DNA from: an uncultured delta proteobacterium
GTDB taxonomy: Bacteria; Desulfobacterota; Binatia; HRBIN30; BPIQ01
Length of the DNA stretch: 64,000 nt
Assembly (NCBI GenBank): GCA_963761335.1
Contig: CAVXGR010000005.1
Location: 320,001-384,000 of the forward strand
Direction of reading: 5' to 3'
The notes beneath the pieces were generated by a model that saw only the letters and a program-made list of their open reading frames with translations, did no database searches and was not told where the DNA came from. Positions 45,923 to 54,980 of the stretch are shown here, piece after piece. Position numbers and translations under genes: made by a program. The first letter of the stretch is position 1, and each line of letters begins with the position of its first letter.

Positions 45923-47359
45923 ATGGCGCAGACGGCACAGATCCGGCGGCTCGAGGTGATCGACAACGAGGCGCAGCGCGTCTGCGCGCTGCAACGGCAA
46001 GCGTATCTGCGCCATCCGTATCCGAGCCTCGAGGAGCGGCGCGAGAGCCTGAGCAAGGTGGAGCGCATCCTGCTCGAGAACGCCGATGCCATCGCCGAGG
46101 CCATCAACTGCGACTTCGGGCATCGCTCCGCCGAAGAGTCGAAGATGCTGGAGCTCTTCACCTGCGTCGACGGCATCCGCTATGCCCGCCGCAAGGTGGC
46201 CAAATGGATGAAGCCGCAGCGGCGCCACGTTTCCGTGCTCTTCGCCACCGCCAAGAATCGCGTCATCCCGCAGCCCAAGGGCGTCGTCGGCATCGTCTCG
46301 CCGTGGAACTATCCACTCTTTCTCACCATCAGTCCGCTCACCAGTGTCCTCGCCGCCGGCAACCGAGCGATGATCAAGATGGCGTCTCACTCGCAGACGC
46401 TCTGCCGTCTCTTGCAGGAGAAGTTCCGTGAGCAGTTCTCCGAGGACACCGTCGCCATTCTCCCCGGGGTGCGCTCCCAGGACTTCTCGACGCTGCCGTT
46501 CGACCACCTCATCTTCACCGGCTCCGCGGACGCCGGGCGCACGGTCATGCGCTCGGCGGCGGAGAACCTGACGCCGGTGACCCTCGAGCTCGGCGGCAAG
46601 TCGCCGACCGTCATCTGCGACGACTACGACGTCGAGGAGGCAGCCGAACGCATTCTCTACGGAAAGCTCGTCAACGCCGGACAGACCTGCTTGGCCCCGG
46701 ATTACCTGTTCGTGCCCCGCGACAAGCGCGATCAGTTCGTCGAAGCGGCAAAGCGCATCGTCGCGCACCGCTATCCCGACATCAACGACCGCAGCTTCAC
46801 CTCGGTCATCGACGACAAGTCCTACATCCGGCTGCGCAACACGCTCGAGGACGCGCAGCGGAAGGGGGCGCAGATCGTGCCCCTGGTGCCGGGCGCTGCG
46901 TTCAACGACAGCCTGCGCAAGGTCCCGCCGCATCTCGTCCTCGAGCCGACCGACGACATGATGATCATGCAGGAGGAGATCTTCGGGCCGCTGTTTCCGG
47001 TGAAGTCTTATGACGACCTCGACGAGGTCATCCGCTACATCAACCTGCGGGACCGGCCACTCGGGTTCTACTTCTTCACCAACGACGGCGAGAAGGAGAA
47101 CAAGCTGCTCTACGGCACCATCTCCGGCGGCGTGACCATCAACAACGTCGTCTTCCACGTGGCCCAGCACGACATGCCCTTTGGCGGTATCGGTGCCAGC
47201 GGCATGGGGCAATACCACGGCTACGAGGGCTTCGCCGAGCTCAGCAAGCTGCGCCCGGTGTTCACCAACCCGCGCTTCTCCCTGCTGCGCATGTTCTACC
47301 CGCCGTACAAGCGGCGGCACGCGCGCATGGTCAACCTGCTGCTCAAGCTGAAGCGCTAG
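45923..47359 (+). CDS. Aldehyde dehydrogenase (coniferyl-aldehyde/fatty-aldehyde type)
   Basis: PWNYP, FTGS, LELGGKSP, GQTCLAPDY, EEIFGP, PFGGIGASGMG. Confidence 0.93.
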   Translation: MAQTAQIRRLEVIDNEAQRVCALQRQAYLRHPYPSLEERRESLSKVERILLENADAIAEAINCDFGHRSAEESKMLELFTCVDGIRYARRKVAKWMKPQRRHVSVLFATAKNRVIPQPKGVVGIVSPWNYPLFLTISPLTSVLAAGNRAMIKMASHSQTLCRLLQEKFREQFSEDTVAILPGVRSQDFSTLPFDHLIFTGSADAGRTVMRSAAENLTPVTLELGGKSPTVICDDYDVEEAAERILYGKLVNAGQTCLAPDYLFVPRDKRDQFVEAAKRIVAHRYPDINDRSFTSVIDDKSYIRLRNTLEDAQRKGAQIVPLVPGAAFNDSLRKVPPHLVLEPTDDMMIMQEEIFGPLFPVKSYDDLDEVIRYINLRDRPLGFYFFTNDGEKENKLLYGTISGGVTINNVVFHVAQHDMPFGGIGASGMGQYHGYEGFAELSKLRPVFTNPRFSLLRMFYPPYKRRHARMVNLLLKLKR

Positions 47360-47379
47360 CCCCGAGGCGAGCCGCCAAA

Positions 47380-47430
47380 GTAGAAGCGCCGTCCCGGCGC
47401 TTCATCGAAGCGGCGAGACGCCGCTTCTAC
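47380..47430. repeat. Solitary family-B GTAG REP doublet
   Basis: GTAGAAGCGCCGTCCCGGCGCTT-CATCG-AAGCGGCGAGACGCCGCTTCTAC, between convergent genes. Confidence 0.85.
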
Positions 47431-47558
47431 TGCACTGCACTTCTACTGCAGCCCGTCCGACGGCGGGCGCGGCCTGGGACTTTGCCCGCGCCCCTGCCCC
47501 GTGCCCGGCTTTTTCCCGCGCCGTTCAGAGGCGGGCAGGGGCACGGGGCTGGGGATTC

Positions 47559-48299
47559 TTACTTCTTCTTCTCTTCCTGCTTCTGCGGCTTCATCTCCAT
47601 CTTCTTCGGCGCCGGCCCTGGCGTCGGGGCGCTGACGATCTCTCGGAGCTGAACGTCGAAGACCAGCGTCGACCCGGGCTTGATCTTGGGCGGCGAGCCG
47701 CGGTCGCCGTAGGCGGTATCGGAGGGACACACCAGCTTGGCCTCGCCTCCGACTTTCATCTTGGCGACGCCCTGGGTCCAGCAGGAGATCACGCCGTTCA
47801 GCGGGAAGACCGCCGGCTGGCCGCGCTCCTTGGTGCTGTCGAAGACGGTGCCGTCGATCAGCTTGCCGACATAGTCGACCTTGACCCGATCGGACGCCTG
47901 CGGGCTGGCCCCCGTGCCTTCCTTGACCGGAATGTAGATGGCGCCGTTGTCGAGCTTCTCGGCCCCCTTTTCCTTGGCCGCGTCGGCGATGTACGACTCG
48001 CCCTTCTTCTTCTCGACGGCGGCCGCCGCCTCGGTCCGCTTCTGAACGAACTCCTGGATCTTCTGGGCGTACTTGGAGAAGTCGACCTTCGGCTCCCGAC
48101 TCAGGGAGCCGTCGGTAAGACCCTGCTCCACGGTCTTCACCTCGGACTCGTTCAGGTTGAAGGGGACCAGGCTGCGGCTGAGGGCCAAGCCGATGGCGTA
48201 GAGCACCTTGTCGTCTTCGCTCTTGAGCTCTTGGGCCCAGGTGCTGGAGGTGGCTGCCACGAGCAGGGCAGCGGTCAGGACGATGGCAAATTTTGGCAT
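47559..48299 (-). CDS. FKBP-type peptidyl-prolyl isomerase (FkpA/Mip-like)
   Basis: Signal peptide; YAIG, VKVDYVGKLIDGTVFDS, VISCWTQG, AYGDRG, TLVFDV. Confidence 0.93.
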   Translation of the reverse strand: MPKFAIVLTAALLVAATSSTWAQELKSEDDKVLYAIGLALSRSLVPFNLNESEVKTVEQGLTDGSLSREPKVDFSKYAQKIQEFVQKRTEAAAAVEKKKGESYIADAAKEKGAEKLDNGAIYIPVKEGTGASPQASDRVKVDYVGKLIDGTVFDSTKERGQPAVFPLNGVISCWTQGVAKMKVGGEAKLVCPSDTAYGDRGSPPKIKPGSTLVFDVQLREIVSAPTPGPAPKKMEMKPQKQEEKKK

Positions 48300-48396
48300 A
48301 GAGGCTCCTCTTCGGTGTAGGTGGCCGCCGCCTGGTCGCGAGGGCCGGTACGGCAGTACTAGACGGGATGGGGAATGGAGGCAAGCCGGCGCAGAC

Positions 48397-48895
48397 GGGG
48401 ACAGGCTACTTTTGAGCCTCGATATTTCACGCTGGGAACGATCTCGTCCGCAGAAGTTGCCTGCTTCGAAAATCTGTTGGGTGAAGGTCTGGCGGAGCTC
48501 CCCCGCGCTTGGCGTGGAGGCTTATCGCCCCGGAGGGGCGCAGGCATGTAGCCCCGGGTGTTACCCGGGGACCGTGTTCCGATTGGCCCAGATCAGCGCC
48601 CCGCAGGGGCGCAGGCGTAGAGGCCGCGTGAATCACCTCGATGAGCTTCCCACGCACCCAGCGGTGATCATCGGCGTACAGGCGTGACATCGACGAAAAC
48701 TTGCCCGCGCCCCTGGCGGGGCGCGCCTGACGGAGGGCGCATTCTTCCCCGGGTTTCACCCGGGGCTACACGCCACCGCCCCTCCGGGGCGAGCTTCAGC
48801 CGGGCGAGGACCTCCAAGTCTCTTGCCGGCGCAGATCCCCAGCCTCATTTTCATCGTCTATTGGTGAGCCGTAAGGCTCATGACGCACTGTCCCC
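48397..48895. repeat. Family-C palindrome GGGGACAGGCTACTTTT...AAGTTGCCTGTCCCC interrupted by an insertion
   Basis: Left arm 48397-48413; right arm split into AAGTTGC-CT (to 48462) and CT-GTCCCC (48888-48895). Confidence 0.75.
48461..48889 (+). mobile_element. Non-coding CT-core insertion element (IS110-like non-autonomous), 427 bp
   Basis: Bounded by CTG direct repeats inside a family-C arm; homologous to 58847-59308 and 59393-59854. Confidence 0.65.
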
Positions 48896-48915
48896 ATCCG
48901 CCACTGCCCGCCCCG

Positions 48916-51360
48916 TCATTCCGCCGGGATCACCTGCAGCTCGAGGGTGTGCATGGCGCCGTCATGGGCGCACTGCAGGGGTGCCCCGGGGGAGAGGGCG
49001 AGGCCGTCCAGAAGGGTCGGGCGCAAATGGGTGGCGTGCAGGCGGATCTCCGCCATCGAGCGCGGCGAGGAGTAGAGCCCGTCACTGGTGCCGAGCCGCA
49101 CGAACGCGGCGCTGCCCCGCTGCTCGACGGTCACCGGAGTCAGCCGCCAGGCGCCATCGCGATGCTCGAAGGAGATGCCGTCGTCCTCGTACAGCTCGCC
49201 GATCCGGCCCTCGGACTGGGTGTCGAGGAAGACCTCCCACGAGATCGGGCCGTCGGCGCGGTCGTTCGCGAAGCGCACGTCCCCCTGCGTGGGAATTGCG
49301 CAGCCGGCCCGCGCATAGAGCGGCATGTGCTCCAGCGGCGCTTCCACCTCGATCACCCCGCCGCCCTCGATGGCGACGCCGGTCTCCCACTCGAACCATC
49401 TGCCGGCCGGCAGCAGCACCTGGCGCCGCGTCGCGCCGGCGTCGAGGATCGGCGCTGCCATCAGCGCCGGTCCGATCATCACCTGGTCCTCGATGCCGGC
49501 GAGGCGCGTGTCGTCGGGAAACTCGGCAAACAGCGGTCGCCAGATCGGCATTCCGGTTCGCGACGCGTGCCAGAAGCAGGTGTACAGATACGGCAGCAGG
49601 CGGTAGCGCCGCTTGAGGGCGGCGCGGGAGATGGCCTCGACCCGTGGTCCGAAGCTCCAGGGCTCCTGGCGATGCGTGTGGATGCTGGTGTGAGAGCGGC
49701 AGAACGGCGCCAGGGCGCCGATCTGCATCCAGCGGGCGTAGAGCTCCGGGGTGGCATCGCCGGCGAAGCCGCCGATGTCGGTACCGGCGAAGGCAACTCC
49801 GGACAGTCCCATGCCGAGCAGCATGGGGATGCTCTGCCGCAGCGCCGCCCAGTTGCTGACCACGTCGCCGGTCCACTGCGCAGCGTAGCGCTGCGTCCCC
49901 GCGAAGGCGGCGCGCGTCAGCACGAAGGGACGCTCGCCGGGACGCAGGCGCAGCATTCCCTCGTAGGTGGCACGGGTGTGCTCGTGCCCGTAGGCGTTGT
50001 GCACCTCGGCATGAGGAACCGAGCGACCGTCGTCGAGACGGTGTACCAGGTCGCCGAGCTTCGCCGGACGCACGGGCAGCATGGCGTCCTCGAGGTAGAG
50101 GCAGCGACCGAACCCGGAAGGCTCGTTCATGTCGTTCCAGATCCCGGCGATGCCGGCGTCCAGGTAGAAGCGGTGCCATTCTCCCCACCACTCGCGCACG
50201 GCGCTGCGGAAGAAGTCGGGAAAGGCGGCGTCGCCCGGCCAGACCTTCATGGTGAACAGCCGTCCATTGCGGCGCGTGGCGAAGAAGCTGCGGGCGACGC
50301 CGTCGCGAAACACCTCATAGCGGCGATCGGTCTTGACGCCGGGATCGACGATCGCCACGGCGCGCATGCCCTCGGCGGCGAGATCGGCGGCCAGCTGCGC
50401 CGGTTGCGGAAAGCGTTCGGCATCGAAAGTGAAGACGCGAAAGCCGCGCATCGCGTGGATGTCCAGATGAATCACGTCGTTGGGAATGTCGCGGCGGCGG
50501 AACTCGCCGGCGATCTCGCGAACCTCGTCGGCGTCGTTGTAGGACCAGCGCGACTGGTGGTGCCCGAGCGACCAGAGCGGCGGCAGCGGCGCTCGTCCGC
50601 TGAGCCCCGTGTACTGCCGCATGACGTCGGCGAGGGTGGGGCCGGTGAACACCACGTAGACCAGAGCGCCGCGGCGCGGCCCGCACGCCAGGCGCGAGGC
50701 CGCGGTGCAGCCGACGTCGAAAACGGTGCGCGCCGCGGAATCGAGCAGGACGCCGACGCAGCGCGAGCCGCGGGCGAGGATCAGCAGGGGCACGGACGAA
50801 TAGGTGGGGTCGGTGTGCTGGCCGACGACCATGTCGCGGTTCCACAGCATGGTGCGGCGGCCGCGCCGGTCGAGCGCGCCGACCTTGGCACCGAGACCGT
50901 AGACGCGGTCGGCGTCGCCGAGCCTCCAGTGCACCCGCCAGCCGCGCCGCGTCTGCGCCGTTCCCAGATCGGTATCCTCGGCGAGCAGCTCCTCGCCGTC
51001 GCTGCCGTGGACGGTCAGGCGCAGGGGCGAGCGCGCCACCTCGACACGGGCGGCGGCGGAGCCGATCGACCAGCCCGACTCTCCCTCCTCCAGCGAGATG
51101 GCGCCTGGGGGCGCGTAATCCGCGCCGGCGACGCGCGCGAACGACGGCATCTCGAGATCGCCGGTCGCGGCGACGCGGACCTCAATGATGTCGTCGCTGA
51201 GGAAGCCGACCTGCACGGCGCCGCGGTCGAGCGAGACCGCGAGCCCGGCCGGCAACGGCGTTGCCTGAAGGGCGCCGCCCAGCGGCTGCGGTGAGGGATC
51301 GGGCGGCTCCGGGACGATGGGGCGAGCCAGCCACTCGGCAAACCATGCGGGTGCGTTCAT
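48916..51360 (-). CDS. Glycoside hydrolase family 31 (alpha-glucosidase/xylosidase)
   Basis: VYGLG, PPLWSLGHHQSRWSY, IWNDMNEP (nucleophile), QWTGD (acid/base), DIGGF, LYEDDG; start uncertain. Confidence 0.93.
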   Translation of the reverse strand: MNAPAWFAEWLARPIVPEPPDPSPQPLGGALQATPLPAGLAVSLDRGAVQVGFLSDDIIEVRVAATGDLEMPSFARVAGADYAPPGAISLEEGESGWSIGSAAARVEVARSPLRLTVHGSDGEELLAEDTDLGTAQTRRGWRVHWRLGDADRVYGLGAKVGALDRRGRRTMLWNRDMVVGQHTDPTYSSVPLLILARGSRCVGVLLDSAARTVFDVGCTAASRLACGPRRGALVYVVFTGPTLADVMRQYTGLSGRAPLPPLWSLGHHQSRWSYNDADEVREIAGEFRRRDIPNDVIHLDIHAMRGFRVFTFDAERFPQPAQLAADLAAEGMRAVAIVDPGVKTDRRYEVFRDGVARSFFATRRNGRLFTMKVWPGDAAFPDFFRSAVREWWGEWHRFYLDAGIAGIWNDMNEPSGFGRCLYLEDAMLPVRPAKLGDLVHRLDDGRSVPHAEVHNAYGHEHTRATYEGMLRLRPGERPFVLTRAAFAGTQRYAAQWTGDVVSNWAALRQSIPMLLGMGLSGVAFAGTDIGGFAGDATPELYARWMQIGALAPFCRSHTSIHTHRQEPWSFGPRVEAISRAALKRRYRLLPYLYTCFWHASRTGMPIWRPLFAEFPDDTRLAGIEDQVMIGPALMAAPILDAGATRRQVLLPAGRWFEWETGVAIEGGGVIEVEAPLEHMPLYARAGCAIPTQGDVRFANDRADGPISWEVFLDTQSEGRIGELYEDDGISFEHRDGAWRLTPVTVEQRGSAAFVRLGTSDGLYSSPRSMAEIRLHATHLRPTLLDGLALSPGAPLQCAHDGAMHTLELQVIPAE

Positions 51361-51421
51361 GCCGGCGAGCGATATCGTCGCCGGCCCGCCGGCGCAAGAG
51401 AGGGGCGGGGTGCTCCGGGCG

Positions 51422-51640
51422 TCACAGGTCGGGACGTACCTGCCAAGCGACACCCTTGTCGGCCTTGGCCTCCTCGATCGTGCGAATGCGTGTTACCCCG
51501 CGGCGAATGGCGCGCCGCGAGCGAGCCATGTCGCTCAGCCTCTTCATACGCAGCAAGATCCGAGGGTCGTCCGCTGTAAGCCACAGCGCCCGCCTCGCCT
51601 CGTCGAAGGTTCGGAACTTCTGAACCGGCATCTCAGTCAT
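51422..51640 (-). CDS. Small basic hypothetical protein coupled to the nucleotidyltransferase
   Basis: MPVQKFRTFDEARRALW...GVTRIRTIEEA (internal repeat); start overlaps the upstream stop. Confidence 0.65.
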   Translation of the reverse strand: MTEMPVQKFRTFDEARRALWLTADDPRILLRMKRLSDMARSRRAIRRGVTRIRTIEEAKADKGVAWQVRPDL

Positions 51641-52103
51641 CCTCGAGATGAAACTTTGCCTTCAGATCTACGGCGTCGGCTCGATCAAGCGGGCGCACGG
51701 TGTTCTTTTTCATCCGATAGAGCATTCGCGGCGTGGCCAAACGCGCCCGTATACCGCCGCGATCGATCCATTCGTATTCCATGTCGGCAAAGGCGTAGGC
51801 GTCCCCGAGCCGAGAGACCAGATCGATGTAGAAGTCGTCGGGCGTACCGTATCGAACCACGGCGTACTCGCCCGCCAGATCCTCGGCGCGAATCTCGTCG
51901 ATTGACGGGTCAGCCCATACCTTTCGCAGGGCCCGGCGCAACCGGTCCACATTTTCCGACGCCGGGCTGATGAACAAGTCGATGTCGTCCGTGAACCGCA
52001 GAATCCCGTGCAGGTTGACTGCCTGTCCCCCGAAGAGGACGTATTCGACATTCTCGGCGTTCAGGGCGTCGAGCAGGTCGGGCAATCGATCGAGAGCGTT
52101 CAC
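51633..52103 (-). CDS. Pol-beta superfamily nucleotidyltransferase (DUF6036/AbiEii-like minimal NTase)
   Basis: YVLFGGQAVNLHG..RFTDDIDLF, IDLV, MKKNTVRPLDRAD. Confidence 0.8.
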   Translation of the reverse strand: MNALDRLPDLLDALNAENVEYVLFGGQAVNLHGILRFTDDIDLFISPASENVDRLRRALRKVWADPSIDEIRAEDLAGEYAVVRYGTPDDFYIDLVSRLGDAYAFADMEYEWIDRGGIRARLATPRMLYRMKKNTVRPLDRADAVDLKAKFHLEDD

Positions 52104-52224
52104 TTCCCAGAATTAGCACAGCCGACCAGTGGCGCGGAAGAATCATGCGCCTTCTCGCCCGTAGCCCAGAGCTGGGTACCGAATCGATGCAATCCGTGGT
52201 ACGCCGCGACCAGGGAGGAGAACC

Positions 52225-52941
52225 ATGACGAGACCCGTCGCGGTCGTTACGGGAGTCGGACCGGGAACCGGCGCCGCTCTGGCTCGCCGCTTTGCCGGTG
52301 GAGGCTATGCGGTGGCGATGCTGGCACGCAATGCGGACCGCCTGCGGGCGCTCGAGCAGGAGATCCCCGACGCCCGTGGCTTTGCCTGCGACGTCGCCGA
52401 TGAGGCGCAGCTCGATTCGACGATGGCGCGCATACGCACCGATCTCGGCCTTCCGTCGGTGCTCATTCACAATGCCGTCGGCGGCGCTTTCGGCGGCTTC
52501 CTCGACATCGACCCGCAGGTGCTCAATTACAACTTCCAGGTGAACACGATGGCGCTGCTGCATCTCGCCCGGCGTCTCGCCCCCGCCATGGTGGAAGCGG
52601 GCAAAGGCGCGATCATCGCCACCGGCAACACCTCCGCCCTGCGCGGCAAGCCCGCGTTCGCGGGCTTCGCTCCCAGCAAGGCCGCACAGCGCATTCTGAC
52701 CGAATCGATGGCGCGCGAGCTCGGTCCGAAAGGCGTCCATGTCGCCTACGTCGTCATCGACGCGGTGATCGATCTGGCGTGGACACGGCAGATGATGAAA
52801 GCGCGGCTGGGCAAGGAAGCCCCCGACGACTTCTTCATCCAGCCATCTTCGATCGCCGACGAAATCTGGCACGTCGTGCACCAAGACCCATGCGCCTGGT
52901 CTTTCAATGTCGAGATCCGCCCCTACGGCGAGAATTGGTAG
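52225..52941 (+). CDS. SDR family oxidoreductase (atypical, FxxxK)
   Basis: TGVGPGTG, HNAVG, TGNTSALRG, FAPSKAAQR; RBS GGAGGAG. Confidence 0.9.
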   Translation: MTRPVAVVTGVGPGTGAALARRFAGGGYAVAMLARNADRLRALEQEIPDARGFACDVADEAQLDSTMARIRTDLGLPSVLIHNAVGGAFGGFLDIDPQVLNYNFQVNTMALLHLARRLAPAMVEAGKGAIIATGNTSALRGKPAFAGFAPSKAAQRILTESMARELGPKGVHVAYVVIDAVIDLAWTRQMMKARLGKEAPDDFFIQPSSIADEIWHVVHQDPCAWSFNVEIRPYGENW

Positions 52942-53076
52942 GCGTTGGCAGGCTGAAGCGTTCGGCCTCGACGTAGTAGGCGTGCTGGCAAGCACACATG
53001 CGCCGGTGCCACTCGGTCAGGAGACCTAGGGCCTCGGGACTCCAGTGCTGCGCAATGTGGCCATCGTCGCTGGCGA

Positions 53077-53126
53077 GTAGAAGCGGCGTCTCGCCGCTTC
53101 GGAAAGCGCCGGGACGGCGCTTCTAC
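53077..53126. repeat. Solitary family-B GTAG REP doublet
   Basis: GTAGAAGCGGCGTCTCGCCGCTTCGGAAAGCGCCGGGACGGCGCTTCTAC. Confidence 0.85.
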
Positions 53127-53140
53127 TTTGGTAGGGTTGA

Positions 53141-53263
53141 AGAGGCTGTCTCAAAACCCCTGCAAGACGACTCCCGCCGGCTCGCGGGCCGAGTAGAAGC
53201 GGCGTCTCGCCGCTTCGGAAAGCGCCGGGACGGCGCTTCTACTTTGGTTTTGAGGCAGCCCCT
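53141..53263. mobile_element. 123 bp MITE (TIR AGAGGCTGTCTCAAAACC / GGTTTTGAGGCAGCCCCT) with a family-B doublet
   Basis: Inverted homolog of 3643-3765; overlaps the 3' end of the acyl-CoA ligase gene. Confidence 0.72.
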
Positions 53264-54813
53264 TCAACTGCGGCTACCATCTCCCCTCCGAATCTCTCGG
53301 CGAGCGGGCGCTTGCGCACCTTTCCCTGGGGCTCGCGGGGCAGGTGGTCGACGATCTCGACGCGGCGCGGGCACTTGTAATGCGCCAGGTCGCGGCGGGC
53401 GAAGGCGATGATCTCCGCGGCGGTGGCACTGCAGGCGGGGCGCAGCTCGACGACCGCGAGCACCGACTTGCCCATCTCGGCATCGGGCACGCCGACCACG
53501 GCGACGTCGGCGACCGCCGGGTGCTGGAGCAGCACGCCCTCGACCTCGGCGGGGTAGACGTTGGCGCCGCCGGTGATGATCAGGTCGACGCGGCGGTCGG
53601 CGATGTACAGGTAGCCGTCGGCATCGAGATATCCGAGGTCACCGGCGGTGAAGAAGCCGTCGCGAAAGGCGGCGCGGTTCTTCGCCTCGGTGCCGCGGTA
53701 TGTGAAGTCCATGCGCGGCGCGCGCACATAGATGAGCCCCATCTCGCCCGGGGCACAGGCGCCGCCGTCCTCGTCGAGAATGCGGATCTCGTGGCCGGGC
53801 CACGGCCGCCCGACGCTGCCCGGCTTGCGCAGCCACTCGTCGCTGGAGATCTTGGTGAAGCCGCTCTCGGAGGCGCCGTAGAACTCGGTGACCGTGCCCG
53901 GCGGAAAGACCTCGATGATACCGCGCTTGACGTGTGATGGGCAGGGCGCGGCGGAGTGCAGCACCAGGTGCAGCGAGGACAGATCGCGGCGCCGCTCCCC
54001 CTCCTCGAGCTGCAGGATGCGGCTGAAGTGCGTCGGCACCATGAAGGTGTCGCTGACCCGATGCCTCTCGATCAGGCGCAGTGACTCGGCGGCGTCGAAG
54101 TGCGGCATGAGCACCACGCTGCCGCCGACCAGCAGGTGCATCTGCCCGTAGCTCGCCGGACCGGTGTGATACAGCGGGCCGGCGATCAGGTGCGTGGAGT
54201 CGGCGGTGAATCCCCACAGATTGGCGACCCCGAGCAGGCTCAGATGAGCGGCGGCGGGATCGAGCGGCCGGTCGATTCCCTTGGGCCTCCCGGTGGTGCC
54301 GGAGGTGTAGATCATCACGTTGAAGCCGCCGCCGAGGTAGGCGCCGTCGGGCTCGGCATCGTCCTCCGCCGCGAGCCGCTCCTCGTAGCTGCGGCCGCGC
54401 CAGGATGGCTCCTTGCCCGTGACCCACAGCATGTCCTCGGAGCCGCCCAGCTCGCCGAGGGCGCGGTCGATCTCTTCTCGCAGGAGGGCGCTGCCGACCA
54501 CGATGCGGGCTCGCGAGTCGGCCACCATGTAGGCGATCTCCGGCCCTTTCAGACGGTAGCCGACCGGCACGAGGAGAGCGCCGAGCTTGCCGGCGGCGTT
54601 CAGCAGCTCGAACCACTCGAAGCCGTTCGGCAGCACGGCAGCGACGCTGTCGCCGGCGCCGACGCCGGCGCGGCGCAGAGCGCGCGCCAGACGGTTGACG
54701 CGCGCTTCGAGGGCGCCATAGGTCAGCGTCGCCGCGCCGATGATCAGAGCCGGCTTCTGCGGCCATGAACGCGCATGGTGCGCAAGACCGATGTCCTTCG
54801 CCTCGGTGCTCAA
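53239..54813 (-). CDS. AMP-dependent acyl-CoA synthetase/ligase
   Basis: YTSGTTGRPKG, EFYGASE, GDLG, DRRVDLIITGGANVYPAEVE, LPREPQGK. Confidence 0.93.
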   Translation of the reverse strand: MSTEAKDIGLAHHARSWPQKPALIIGAATLTYGALEARVNRLARALRRAGVGAGDSVAAVLPNGFEWFELLNAAGKLGALLVPVGYRLKGPEIAYMVADSRARIVVGSALLREEIDRALGELGGSEDMLWVTGKEPSWRGRSYEERLAAEDDAEPDGAYLGGGFNVMIYTSGTTGRPKGIDRPLDPAAAHLSLLGVANLWGFTADSTHLIAGPLYHTGPASYGQMHLLVGGSVVLMPHFDAAESLRLIERHRVSDTFMVPTHFSRILQLEEGERRRDLSSLHLVLHSAAPCPSHVKRGIIEVFPPGTVTEFYGASESGFTKISSDEWLRKPGSVGRPWPGHEIRILDEDGGACAPGEMGLIYVRAPRMDFTYRGTEAKNRAAFRDGFFTAGDLGYLDADGYLYIADRRVDLIITGGANVYPAEVEGVLLQHPAVADVAVVGVPDAEMGKSVLAVVELRPACSATAAEIIAFARRDLAHYKCPRRVEIVDHLPREPQGKVRKRPLAERFGGEMVAAVEGAASKPK

Positions 54814-54980
54814 CGGTTCGCTCGCTTTACGGGGTTGGACACACCACCGCTCGTCGTGCCATCGCTTCCTCCTTGCCCGTTTGCGCCTCCTATATCACGG
54901 CAGGCGCCGCGACCTCAGGGCAGGGAAGGGGGCCGTGGTCAAAATTCGAACCCCGCTCACCGCTGTGCTAGACGGCCTGG

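Noticed and set aside
48461..48889. Group II intron (minus strand begins GTGCG right after GGGGACA)
   Set aside because: No recognisable domain V/VI, the 3' end would be CA rather than AY, and there is no RT ORF; a CT-core insertion explains the junctions better.
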